DNA of 64,000 nt. Source: Camelus dromedarius. Lineage: Eukaryota. A model generated the notes under the pieces. The model saw nothing but the letters and a program-made list of their open reading frames with translations. It made no database searches and was not told the DNA's origin. Of this stretch, positions 1-11,705 are shown one piece after another. The stretch lies in NCBI RefSeq assembly GCF_036321535.1, contig NC_087436.1, positions 6,448,001-6,512,000 on the forward strand, in the 5' to 3' direction. Position 1 is the stretch's first letter. Every line of letters begins with the position of its first letter. The translations under genes and the position numbers were made by a program.

Positions 1-894
1 GAGTTAATCTGTGTCAGAAGGAAATTACTCAGGCAAACTGAAAAGCGCTGAGGCTCCCTTTGTCTCAATGTCACAGCTTGCCTCTACTAAAAGGCCATGA
101 TTATGCATGAGGTAACTACCCACAATTTTTAAATAAATGTAAATACATGTTATACTCCTGTATTTTGAGATCTGACCATCAATGGAGGCTTATATGAGCG
201 AAGAAGACTTCATGGCAGGTTCTTTGCTGGGGCCCCTCTGCTCTACTCAGACAGGGCCCCTCTTCTTCAAGACAGTTTACTACCATCCGAAGGTATGATT
301 TTGCTAAAACAAGGCACTGCACTGCCGTCCACCAGGAAATTATCATAATGCATATACAAATATTCAATGTGTTTGGTGTGTCCCTCCTCGCCCCTAAGTT
401 ATGTGGTGGCATAATCTGTGCTTCTGACTCAGGCACCATGAGCATGTAAATTAGTTCAATGTTGCCTTTGATAAGAAGTATTTATTGTGGAGAACCAGCT
501 TTATCTAACATTTGCAGGTTAAGTGTCCAGAACAGTGCTGAGAACCCAGTGAGGAGTGGGGGCATCAGAGATTATTCCTGTATTAACCCATTCGATCCGC
601 AAAAAACATTCTATGAGATCTACACTCTGAATTACTCAGTAGATACTAAGATGCACTACACAAGTTCCTGAAAAACATCACATTCTGCAAAATTTTGCAG
701 TAAAACTAGCAGGGTGTGTGGTGGACATAGGGTTCAACGGAGACCATTCAAAGAGTACTCAATTTTCTAAGCACAGCACTCATAAAATTAATTTACAATA
801 GCATGTTTAAAGAATGTGAGAAATACCTAATAATTAAAGAAATGATAGTTTATGTCAATAACGTAGAAGAAACGCTGCAGAAATGCTAGAGAAA

Positions 895-1250
895 ACAAAC
901 GTGCGGTTGTCTGGACTTCCACCACCCCGGGAAGATGGGGCAGGTCTGCACCAGTCACAGCCCTGCGCGCCCGGGAGTTCCCTGCGCTCCGAGCTCCGCC
1001 GCCGCCGCTGCTGAGGGACGCAAAGCGTGAACGTGCTCTCCTGCACCAGCGCCGAAGACTGCATCTTCCCCGCCGTGTCCCCTCCCTGGCCAGTCACGAT
1101 CCAGTCCGTCTGTGTCACACCAACACGTGTTGTAGCAGAACAGAGGTTATCATCCCCGCCTTGCAGACGAGGAAGCCGCCGGATGGAAAGGTGGAGAAAC
1201 TTGCCTGAGATGGACCACCAGTGAGTGCCGGAGACAAGATCTGAACCGAT
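895..1250. other. Small orphan CpG-rich island
   Basis: About 25 CpGs counted by eye in 901-1200, in an otherwise AT-rich, CpG-depleted context. Confidence 0.65.
1100..1250 (-). mobile_element. MIR SINE fragment (GC-shifted)
   Basis: atccccgccttgcagacgaggaagccg...aacttgcctgag...gatctgaacc aligns to the reverse complement of the MIR core. Confidence 0.7.
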
Positions 1251-1383
1251 AGGAGTCCAGGAAATAGCAGCTGACTGAATGACTCAGTTTTTCATGTATT
1301 CTTACTACAGTCCTACACTAACTCCTAAGGGGTTTTTTGTTTTATAATTTTTTTCCATTTTACAAATTTTCCAATTGGGTATT

Positions 1384-1887
1384 TTTTCAGCTTTATTGAA
1401 AGATAATTGACAAATACAATTGTAAGATATTTAAAGTGTACAACATGATGATTTGATATATATATACGTTGTGAGACGATTAACACACTCATCACCTCAC
1501 CTATTTACCCTTTTTTTGTGAGAACATTTGAGCTTTACTCTCTTACCAAATTTCAGTTTTACAATACAGTGGTATCAACTGTAGTCACCATGCTATACAC
1601 CAGATCCTCAGGCCTTATTCATCTTGTAACTGAACGTGTGTACCCTGGTACCGATCTCTTTCTATTTCCTCCACACTCCAGCACCTGGCAACCAATTTTC
1701 TACTCTGTTTCTATGATTTGACTTTGTTTTAGATTCCACATATAGGTGATACCATGCAGTATTTGTCTTTCTCTGCCTGGCATATTTCATTTAGCTTAAT
1801 GCCCTCCAGACTCATTCATGTTGTTGCAAATTTCAGGATTCCCCTCTTTTTTAGTGCTGAATTTAGATAGGTAGGTAGGTAGGTAAG

Positions 1888-1955
<68 letters not shown>

Positions 1956-2456
1956 TAGATGATAGACAGGGAGATAGGGAGATAGAGAGAGAGACGGATA
2001 GATAGCATGTATCACATTCTCATGATCCATTCATCCATTAATGGATACAAATTAGGTTGTTTCCGTATCTTGGCTACTGTGAACAACGCTGCAATGAAAG
2101 TGGGAGTACAGATACCTCTTCAAAACAGTGACTTCACCTCCTTTGGGTAGATACCCAGAAGTGGGATTGCTGATCATTTGCTAGTTTTATTTTTAATTTC
2201 CTGAGGAACTTCCATACTATTTTCCATGGTAGCTGCACCTGTTTACATTCCCACCAACAGTGCATGAGGGTTCCCTGTTCCCATCCTCACCAGCATCTGT
2301 TATCTCTTGTCTTTGATAATCACCATCCCAACGTGTGTGTGAGAGACATCTCACTGTGGTTTTGATTTGCATTTCCCTGGTGATTAGTGATGTTAATCAA
2401 CTTGTCCTGTACTTGTTGTTCATTTATATGTCTTCTTTGGGAAAATGTCTATTCAA
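1384..2456 (-). mobile_element. L1 3' end (older L1MA9-like): 3'UTR plus ORF2 C-terminal remnant
   Basis: Typical antisense L1 motifs (tagattccacatat, tttgcatttccctg, cccaccaacagtg), interrupted by a microsatellite. Confidence 0.9.
1864..2004 (+). repeat. Compound (TAGG)n(TAGA)n(CAGA)n microsatellite
   Basis: Direct reading. Confidence 0.95.
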
Positions 2457-3440
2457 GCTCCCAAGGGTCTGAGTACAGAAAGAACATTCATTACAGTCAG
2501 TAGGCGTACTTGGCTTGGAAAAACAATCTAGTAATATTCTGTAGATCCCGGAGCAAAATTCAGTTACGACAGCAGATCTGATACAGACCTTAAAATCCTC
2601 CTATAAATGGGTACTCCAGTTTATCGCACAGGCTGAGGTGTGGAAATACATTCTGGCCTAATTTTATGCTAGGCTTTATACTATCTCGTTCACTGTGTGG
2701 TCTTTCTTTGCCATCAAGTGCCCACCTGGCTGCCAGCCGTGGAGTTGCTAGTCATTCTCTGCCCCGGGGAGCTGACTGCTGGGAGGTGAGAACTCACCTG
2801 TCTTTCTCACAGCTGCTTACCGCACACCCGAGGTGCTGTGTGGATCTGAAGGCAACACAGGCTACAGTAGCCCATGCCCTGCTCCTTCCGTCCCTCCACT
2901 TTCTCTCCCTTTCTTTTCTGTTTAGGCATAACACACATTTATAGAGTAGAAAGAAGGAGAAGCAATATAGAGAGTCACTCACCACAGCCCACGGGTCGGT
3001 CTATCTTGTTATTAAGAAAAGTTATGCTATATTTTTTAAAAATCCATCCATTTTATTTGTCAGATTAGTTTCTCACCTTGGCCTTACATCCACAAATTAC
3101 ATTTCAGATTTAATGTATAAAAATCCAAAAGACCATATCTATGTGTCCAAATTAATTTGGGGGTGAGTGTTTGAGTGTCCTAGATTTTGTTTCCAGGTAT
3201 TAAAAGAAAACACCTTGGTCATTAGGAACAGTTTTCAACTTTGTATTACAAATATAAATCTGTAAACCAATATCCCTTCCCATAAAGACCTGAGCCACTT
3301 CTAATTCTGAAAGTCTCTATTTACTGGCGTCGGCAAAACAAAAGAGATAAAAATGTTCATGTTAAATTTGTGCCTTGCTTTTCAGTTGTGAACAAAACAT
3401 CTTTGAGTGTTTTTTTTTTAATTAGAATCAGAGATTTGGC

Positions 3441-3472
3441 ACATACACACACTCACAAACACACACACACAC
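3441..3472 (+). repeat. Imperfect (CA)n microsatellite
   Basis: Direct reading. Confidence 0.85.
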
Positions 3473-3864
3473 AACTGTGCCCAGCAATGGAACCTTGTTG
3501 CTACGAGATGGGCTCCACCTTTCTGCTCTCCCCAGCCTCGCACCATCATTCTGATTGAGGCAGAAGAAGAGGTCGTGGAAGGCCAGACTTCTGAAGCTTT
3601 TTCCAATTTTAAAACATCCTCGGCCATTTCACAAGGGATTGGGGTTTCAAGCACACAGGTTGGCAGAGTTTGAGACTGGCTCCATGATGCTCTGCATAGT
3701 AATTGGAAAATTCTGTCAAGTTGTATCATTTGCCAAGAAACCTCTGAGTTTCTCTAGACCTGACTTTGAGTCTGCATCAGCAAAACCAGAAGCATTAAAG
3801 GACAATTTTTTTTATCTGTCTGAGTCAAATTCAGTAGCTATTTTTCATTTATCCTCACAGAGCC

Positions 3865-4068
3865 AGAACAGCGTAGTGGCTGAAAATGCAGGCTTTGGGG
3901 AGACACTGATGGGTCACTTGCTCGTGGTGCGGGGTTAGACATGTTGTTTAACCTCCCCAAATTTTAGTTCTCTCACCAATCAAATGGGGAAGCAAAGTCA
4001 GCAATTTGTGTAAATTATTTAGCACAGCACCTGGCAATACTAAGCATTCGATAAATGTTATTTATTAT
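3865..4068 (+). mobile_element. MIR SINE
   Basis: agcgtagtggctgaaaatgcaggctttgg 5' end; aaatgggga core; ttagcacagcacctggca...ataaatgtta 3' end. Confidence 0.7.
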
Positions 4069-4478
4069 AGTAACAGCAAATCACACTTTCCACCTTTGCT
4101 GAATATACTAGTATATTCAGATCACAGATCATCAGAACATTGGAAAATAACTCTCAGAATTGCTCTGCAGTGGGTCTGTTGAACTAAGCATGGCCTGAGG
4201 AAGTGGATTTTAGTCAGGTAGAGTAGAACCAAAGTTCCTCAGGTTCATTGGAAAATTCATGAAGGGTGAGCAATGAAAGTTTTGCACACTGTGATGTTAT
4301 TCTCTACAACTTTCCTGAACATTAGAATTGTTTCCACAGAATGGTCAAGGAGGTTTGCAATGAATGAATCCTGCTTTTATAACTAAAATATTTGTAATTA
4401 TATTAAATATTTGTAGGCATTTAAATCATAGAAACTGTAAGTGTAGACATATTTTAAATATCAATACCAATTTTAAAC

Positions 4479-5080
4479 AATATGATCCAACAGTCGCACT
4501 CCTGGACATATATCCAGAGGGAACCTTAATTCAAAAAGACACACGCACCCCAATGTTCACAGCAGCACTATTTACAACAGCCAAGACATGGAAGCAGCCT
4601 AAATGTCCATCAACAGATGACTGGATAAAGAAGTTGTGGTGTATTTATACAATGGAATACTACTCAGCTGTAAAAAAAAAAAAAAAAAGAATGAAATAAT
4701 GCCATTTACAGCAACACAGATGACCCTGGAGATCATTATTCTAAGTGAAGTAAATCAGACAGAGAAAGACAAATATCACTTATATGTGGAATCTTAAGAA
4801 AAGACAAATGAACTTATTTATAAAATAGAAACAGACTCACAGACATAGAAAACAAACTTATGGTTACCGGAGGGGGAAGGAGGTGCGAAGGGATAAATTG
4901 AGAGTTCGAGATTTGCAGATACTGACCACTATATATCAAATAAAGAACAGGGTTACACTGTACAGCACAGGGAACTCTATTCAGTATCTTATAGTAACTT
5001 ATGGTGAAAATATGAAAACAAAGATATGTATGTTCATTTATGACTGAAGCATTATGCTGTACACCAGAAACTGACACAGC
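4479..5080 (+). mobile_element. L1 3' end (camelid-type subfamily)
   Basis: ORF2 C-terminus YDPTVALLDIYPEG...[29 protein letters not shown] plus L1 3'UTR. Confidence 0.92.
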
Positions 5081-5725
5081 TATATATATATACAAATTTT
5101 AAGACTTTTGAACTAGCCATTATCGAACTCCTAAGCACCCATCATGCCAAGACATCTAATACTATTAAAAAAAAAAAAAAAAAAAACAGGATTCCATGAA
5201 AGCTATGAAGTTTCCAGAAGAATCCAATGTATCTCAAGTTGCAAGCTAGGAACTGGAAATTGTAAGATTAAATCCTCACCTTCAAAGAATTCATAATCGC
5301 AAAGAGGAAACAGACAAACAAGTAATAATTTAAATGCATCTTCTAAGGGCTAAAACTGAGACATGCTTAAACAGCCAAGGGAAGCAAAAAGAGAGGTAAG
5401 GAGAAACCCAAGTGGAGTGGGGAGACGGCAGGAGCCTGGAAAGCTACTGCTCATCCTCAAACTATACCTTAAAGAATAAGTAAGAAATTTCCAGGCTGAC
5501 AGGATGCATATGGCATGGAGGAACGAACGTGCTCTAAGGCATTCTTGTTTCTTCCTGACACAATGGCCTTCAGGTCAGACCAAAACACCCACACACAGTG
5601 TTCCCACATGGCTCAGAAATGCAAGTTTAAAGATAAACAGGGCTTCTTGACCTCATCTCTCCTCCCACACCAACCACTAATTCATCCCTGATTTGCCTAT
5701 CCTTGGACTCAGCTCCACACTTGGA

Positions 5726-6510
5726 TTTTGTTTTTATTTATGTATGTATGTGTATGTGTACGTATGTATTTATGTATGTATGTATGTATTTTTACTGAAG
5801 CAGAGTCAGTTTACAATGCTGTGTCAATTTCTGATGTACAGCATGGCGTTTCAGTCATACATATGCATACATATATTCCTTCTCATATTCTTTTTCATTA
5901 CAGTTTACTACAAGATATTGAATATAGTGCCCTGTGCTACACAGTAGAGCTTTGTTGTTTATCTATTTTATATACAGTAGTGTGTGTCTGCAAGTCTCGA
6001 ATTCCCAATTTATCCCTTCCCACCTCCTTTCCCCACTGGTAACCGTAAGTTTGTTTTCTGTCTGTGAGTCTCTTTTTGTTTTGTAAAAAAGTTCATTGTG
6101 TCCTTTTTTTTAGATTCCACATATACGTGATACCATATGGTATTTGTCTTTCTCTGTCTGACTTACTTCACTTAGTATGATAATCTCCAGGTCCATTCAT
6201 GTTGCTGAAAATAGCATTATTTTATTCTATTTTATGGGTGAGCAGTATTCCATTGTATAAATATACCACAATTTCTTTATCCCATCATCTGTCAATGGAC
6301 ATATAGATTGCTTCCATGTCTTGGCTATTGTAAATAGGGCTGCTATGAACACTGGGGTGCATGTATCTTTTAGAGTTAGCATTCCCTCTGGATATATACC
6401 CAGGACTGGGATTGCTGGATCATATGGCAAGTCTATGTTTAGTCTTTTGAGGAATATCCATACTGTTTTCCATAATGGCTGCACCAAACTACATCCCCAC
6501 CAACAGTGTA
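5726..6510 (-). mobile_element. L1 3' end with a (TATG)n-converted tail
   Basis: ORF2 remnant [18 protein letters not shown]...[13 protein letters not shown]. Degenerate TSD acacttggattt / acactaggactt. Confidence 0.92.
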
Positions 6511-7449
6511 ACACTAGGACTTTCATATGTATGTCTTTCTCACTTTGGCATTTGCAACCTGCTAAACAGTTAGAAATTTCTTAGAATCTGGTAAACCTAC
6601 AAGACTTTGGACTTCATCGGTTCCTTCCTTGCATAGACCATCACAATCAATATTTTAGAATTTTCCCTCCCAGTTTATTTCCTAAATAAAGAGACACATA
6701 ATAGTGATTTGAATATGTGCAGACATATAATGAGAAAAAATGAAATCTGCTACTTAAAAATGCACTACTGCCCAACCTGGGCAGACCAAGAGTCTTACAT
6801 TTTGTTCCAGTAGGCACCTTGATGGATGGAGATATAAAAATATTAGCCTAGAGGAATTTAATCATAATGAAATAAATTCAGCATTGCTCCTTCCAGAAAC
6901 AATAGGAGAAACAGAAATATAAATCTATTTTTGATTAGACTAGAGAAATCTGAACCTCAAAATCAGAAAACAAAAGGAAGCTTACAAAAAATCATGAAGG
7001 TCAGACAGAAGAACAGGAAGATAGGAAGAGAGGACAGTCCAGCTGAAAAGCTCAAAAATGCCACCTGGACATGCTTTTCTGCAGTGAGTGGCATGTCCTG
7101 AGATATTTTTAGGAACTATTTCATAAGATAAATGAGGTGTGTAGGCTAATCGTGGAAGGCTCTCTGGATCCCACTTGGCATCAGGTCTAGAATATCTGAG
7201 CGGCTGTAGATAATTTAGGAAAGACGTGGAGAAGCTATATTTTGGCAACCATCTGAGTGGGAGACAAAGATGAAAATTAAAAACACACTATAGTGCCATT
7301 TTTAATTGACTGGAGAGGAAGAAAAGCTAAAAGAATGTATACAGCCCCATGTCTTAAGTAGAATTCTTGTTAGCCCAGATCACAGCACTCTCCTCTCTTA
7401 AACTCTCCTGCAAAAAAAGATTATCCAGGAACAGTTCACCTCATTCAAA

Positions 7450-8560
7450 ACCAAAAAATAACAAAAAAGAAAGCTACATAAGATCTATTTTTTAAGGAGG
7501 AAAGCAGCAAGGAGAATAAATAAAAGGTGTGTAGACTAATTACTGCAGAAATAACAACATGGAGCAAATGGAAACTGCAGCCAAATATCACGTGCGACAT
7601 ATGAAAAACATCATGAAGGAAGTGCTGTTCTAAAACAAAAACACAAACCAGATGTACTAGAGTTCAGAGAAGTCATGCAAAACAACAATAGAAGATGGAA
7701 AATACACTAGACTGACTCAAGAAAGAAGGACAAGAAAAAGATCCATCACAAAAAGGAGAATCCAAGTAGAAGCAGTGCAACAAAAACCAGAAACATTTAA
7801 GAGCACAGTTTTACAAAACTGAGTAAAATAAAGAAATGAAGATTTTAAAATGTTATCAAGGAAATAGTGGTTGAGGAAGAAAGGTGAAGGAGATCCAATA
7901 TTTGCATATCTAATGTTACCAAAGAAGAAAGTCAAAGGACCAGAAAAGAAAAAAAAAAGATATAAATTAAGGAAGTGTAAAATAAAATAAAAGAATTAAA
8001 TCACATATTGAAAAGAACATTTCCACAAGAAAATGGACCCATATTAATAAATTATGATAATAATCATTCACATTTACGTTTTGCATGTAGTACCTCATTT
8101 AATCCTCATAACACTGAGATAGGCACTACTGTTAGCTGCATTTTACAACTGTAATAAAACAGAATTAGAGAAAGGTATCTAAGAAAATGATCAAGTAACC
8201 TGTACAGTAATGATTCTTACCAGCTCTGACTTCTCTAAAAAAACATTCGTTGCTGGAAGACATTAGAATAACACCCACAAAGCCCTCAAGGAAAGAAAGT
8301 ACAACCCAAGAATTTTATACCCAGCCAAACTGTCACTCAAGCATAAAGGCAACTGAAAAATACTTTGAAATATTTTAAAATCCAGAGAATAAACTTTGCA
8401 TTAATCTTTGCTTAAGAAACTGCTGGAAGATAAACTTCAGCCAAACAAGGAATGAATGGAAAAACTACTGCAAAAGGATTGGCACTGAGTATTGATTCCA
8501 CTTAATTATAGGACCAAGAACAAAAAAACTGTATTTTTAGTCTACATTGCCAAAACCTAG
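7450..8560 (+). mobile_element. Ancient L1/HAL1-like ORF1 remnant
   Basis: About 8225-8356 translates SDFSKKTFVAGRH*NNTHKALKERKYNPRILYPAKLSLKHKG, the L1 ORF1 C-terminal motif PRILYPAKLS. A-rich flanks; boundaries approximate. Confidence 0.7.
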
Positions 8561-9069
8561 TCAAAAGATAAAATCTGGCCCCAAAATAGCAATTCAAAAC
8601 ACACAGTGATAATTTCTATAATAGGGAGATTGCTCCCATACCATCATCTAAGTGTGATAAACTGTATTAGTTTTCAGATTTTTCAGTTGTCCTCCTATGG
8701 GATGTTTATCCATCCCCTGCCCTGTTGAACATAGGTGGAGACACTGTTGCTTTGACCAGTGGACTATGGGCAGAACTGACAGGTCACTTTCAAGCAATGG
8801 GCACCCTTTTTTGTTTGGCTTCTGCTGAACAGCAGATTTTTGGGATTTCCTCATGTGGTTACATACATCAGTAGCCTGTTCCTTTTTGTTGCTGATTCGT
8901 ACCTCATTGTATGAGTCTACCACAATGTAAGTATCTGTTTTCCTGTTGATAATGAAAGTCTTCCAACGTCTTTTCTTGCAAGACTCTCTGAGCAACCCCA
9001 GTTCTTTTTTTCTCTCTACAGAGAAGATTCAAGACAGAAATCTTTTCACGGTGTGGATCTGAGACTGTC

Positions 9070-9597
9070 TGTGATCATCATATCAGCTCTATTTTCTTTT
9101 TCTCTGTATTTTTGATGTCCTGGCATCTGGGGCCTTGCTGATGGGAGGAGACACTAGTTCCAGGTCCGCCAATTCTTAGAGACAGTAAAGGGCTTACCTG
9201 GCAGCATGCCTTTGATATGAAAACTAACCAATTGAGTCATACCCCCATCTGCCTCATTTTATCAGGGTCTCACTGTCTGGGAACACGAAGCCCCACCCTA
9301 GTCACCCCAAGGCCAGTTACTGGACCACTTGGAGCCCCCTCAACAGTCCAGAGCCCACAGAAGTCATTCAGATGATCCATTCCTTCTCAGCTTGCCTACC
9401 GTGTCCGGTCCTTCCCACAGAAGCCACAAGAAAGGCTCCCACCCCCCAGTTCCTCTCCCTCTCTGCCTGCCCATCTTGCCTTATCCCCCCGTTCATAGGG
9501 AATTATGCGTGTAAGAGAAACTTCCTCCCTGACAGTCGCTTCTGTGACTGCGTCTCACCATGCCTGCTGAAAACCAAACCCAGGTAGCATTAAAACA
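9070..9597 (+). mobile_element. Solo ERVL-class LTR (MER74/MER73-like)
   Basis: tctgtatttttgatgtcctggcatctggggccttgctga...gccaattcttagaga...atgcctttgatatgaaaactaaccaat...attaaaaca resembles the recalled MER74 consensus. Confidence 0.75.
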
Positions 9598-10069
9598 ATC
9601 ACACACCACCAATCCTAAGATGTTTTAAGATTTTGAATCAACTGGATAGCTGAAATAGATATTTTATTATAATTAGCATCACTTGATTACCTAGGTATCT
9701 TACAGTTTTCTATGTTTGGTTTTTCGTATTTCTTTATTGAAAAAATTCTTTTCACGCTCTTTGTTCATCATTTTATTATGCCCTTGTGTTGTTTTCCATT
9801 TTGCCTCAGATGAGAAGGCCCAGACCATGCCTGGACTCCCTCAAATGGTGCCAGAATACAGACTTGCTGGGGTGACAGTAAATAGTACAATATAGCAGAG
9901 GAACTGTGCATTTGGAGAGCAAATGGAGATGCAGGTAGGAGCCAGTATGTGAAAGGTCATATAGTTCAGGGCCAGGATAGTTCAAGGGACAGTGGAAGGG
10001 ACAGGCAAGGCTGCAGAGCCTCTCTGAGACTAAAGCAATTTAGAGGTAAATTCTGCAGTCAAAAGTGCA

Positions 10070-10247
10070 CCTCTTGGGGAGTGATGGAAATGTTAGCTAT
10101 CTTGATTGAGGTGGTGGTTTCATGAGTGTATATATATCTATCAAAATTCATCAAATTGTACATCTGAAATATGTGTAGTTTACTGCATGGGAATTATGCC
10201 ACAATAAAGGTGTTTTAGAAAAAAAACTAAATCTTTAAAAAAAAAAG
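10070..10247 (+). mobile_element. Old L1 (L1ME/L1MD-like) extreme 3' end
   Basis: gtgatggaaatgtt...tatcttgattg.ggtggtggtt...aaaattcatcaaattgtaca...aataaa plus A tail. Confidence 0.8.
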
Positions 10248-11094
10248 AAAAGTGTCATCATTGCCTTCAGAGCTAACGTCAGTTGCGTTTCACTCTAAAC
10301 TTAAGTATCTTCAAACTGGGAACCAGCAGTGATCATCTCAGCTACACTCAGGAGGCTGGGAGCTGGGAGAACAGTCAGTCACCCAGGTGAACACAGGGCA
10401 GAACACCTAAATGACATTTGTAATTGTGGAAACACTGATTTATGCCACCTTTCCTATTTTCATTTCCTAGAGTAGCAGCTCTTAGTTTAACTTGTCATTG
10501 GCTAGGAAGGAATCTGGTATATTTTCTGAATAATTATACCCATAAGAAATTCACTCAGCTTTCTCCAGAAATTTTTCAAAAATCTCTCCGGCACAAAAGT
10601 CTCTCCATCCCTTGTATATTCAATATTTATGAGGAAAAAAAGCAAAGTTTTTCATTCTATTTAAAGAAAAATTGCCCTCAAAGATTTCTAAAGAGAAATC
10701 CCACTGGAGTCTTAGGAAATGATTTTATTCTCCTGCTCAGCTGTGATACTGTTGCTGGAAGAGGTGATTAGAAAAAGTCAAAGGTTTATTCCTGTTATTC
10801 AGGGATGGGTTTCTACCCACCATTAAAATATCACAGAAAAGGTATACAGTAGAGAATTAGACAAGACCTCCAGAAGCCCAGAATGATTTCGTCACGGCTG
10901 ACCTAAGGCCATACTTTACAAGGCCGAGTCTTCTAGATGAGAAGAATAAAACACAATCTACCATACTGAAGATTCATCTTAGCTGGAGGTGGTGCTGTTA
11001 AGTGTAACGTCTACCCACTGTCCTGTACTTTATCCTCAGACAATGTATCCTACTTAATGAAGGTTATCTTTGGAGCTGATGTCTTTTTTTACAT

Positions 11095-11520
11095 TTTATT
11101 TTAAGAGTTTATTTGAGGAAAAACAATTCTAAGTGAGCAGGGCCAAACTGGTTCGGAAAGACCCACCAAGAGGAGTAAGGGGAGAACTTTTACAGGGAAA
11201 AGGTTAAAGCACAGAATGCAAATTACTGATGGGCTAGAGCTTACAGTGCAGGTGGCTCTTTGTGGTTGATTGACTTCAGGTTTCAGTTTTGTAACCTTGA
11301 GGAGCCATAAGCTCAGATTTGGGGTTGTTCGTGTCAGCCACCATGGCATTAGAGCATCATCGGTCTCTGGCCTCCTAGGTTAATTAATTTAACAGTTCCC
11401 CCTTTTGGTCATCCTCACACGTGAGAGAGTGACCAACACTTTGGTATTAGCACCACTCTCAATCCCCATCTGAGTTAAGTTGCTCTTGACTTGTCCTGAA
11501 ATTTGTACGCTGTGGTGTCA
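11095..11520 (-). mobile_element. ERV1-class 3' LTR with polypurine tract and a short internal remnant
   Basis: Minus strand reads tgaccaaaagggggaac-TGTTAAATTAA at 11393: PPT followed by an LTR start. Similar to the LTR at 51072-51387. Confidence 0.7.
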
Positions 11521-11564
11521 GGAGGTGATGCCTTTGGATTCCCAGTCATGTCCTGTCTATACAC

Positions 11565-11705
11565 CAAGGGCGGCACATTAGAGTCACCTTGTGAGCTCTT
11601 AAAACTCCCAAGATCAAAGCCACATCCAGAATAATTAGATCAGACTATCCAGAGGAAAGATCTATGCCTCAAATTTTAAATTCCCACTAAGCAGCAAAAT
11701 TTGAT
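11565..11705. mobile_element. MER5A-like hAT-Charlie DNA transposon fragment
   Basis: gcacattagagtcacct...ttaaaa...ccacatccaga..aatta.atcaga resembles MER5A. Confidence 0.5.

Noticed and set aside
685..700. Perfect 16-bp palindrome CTGCAAAATTTTGCAG
   Set aside because: About one such palindrome is expected by chance in 64 kb.
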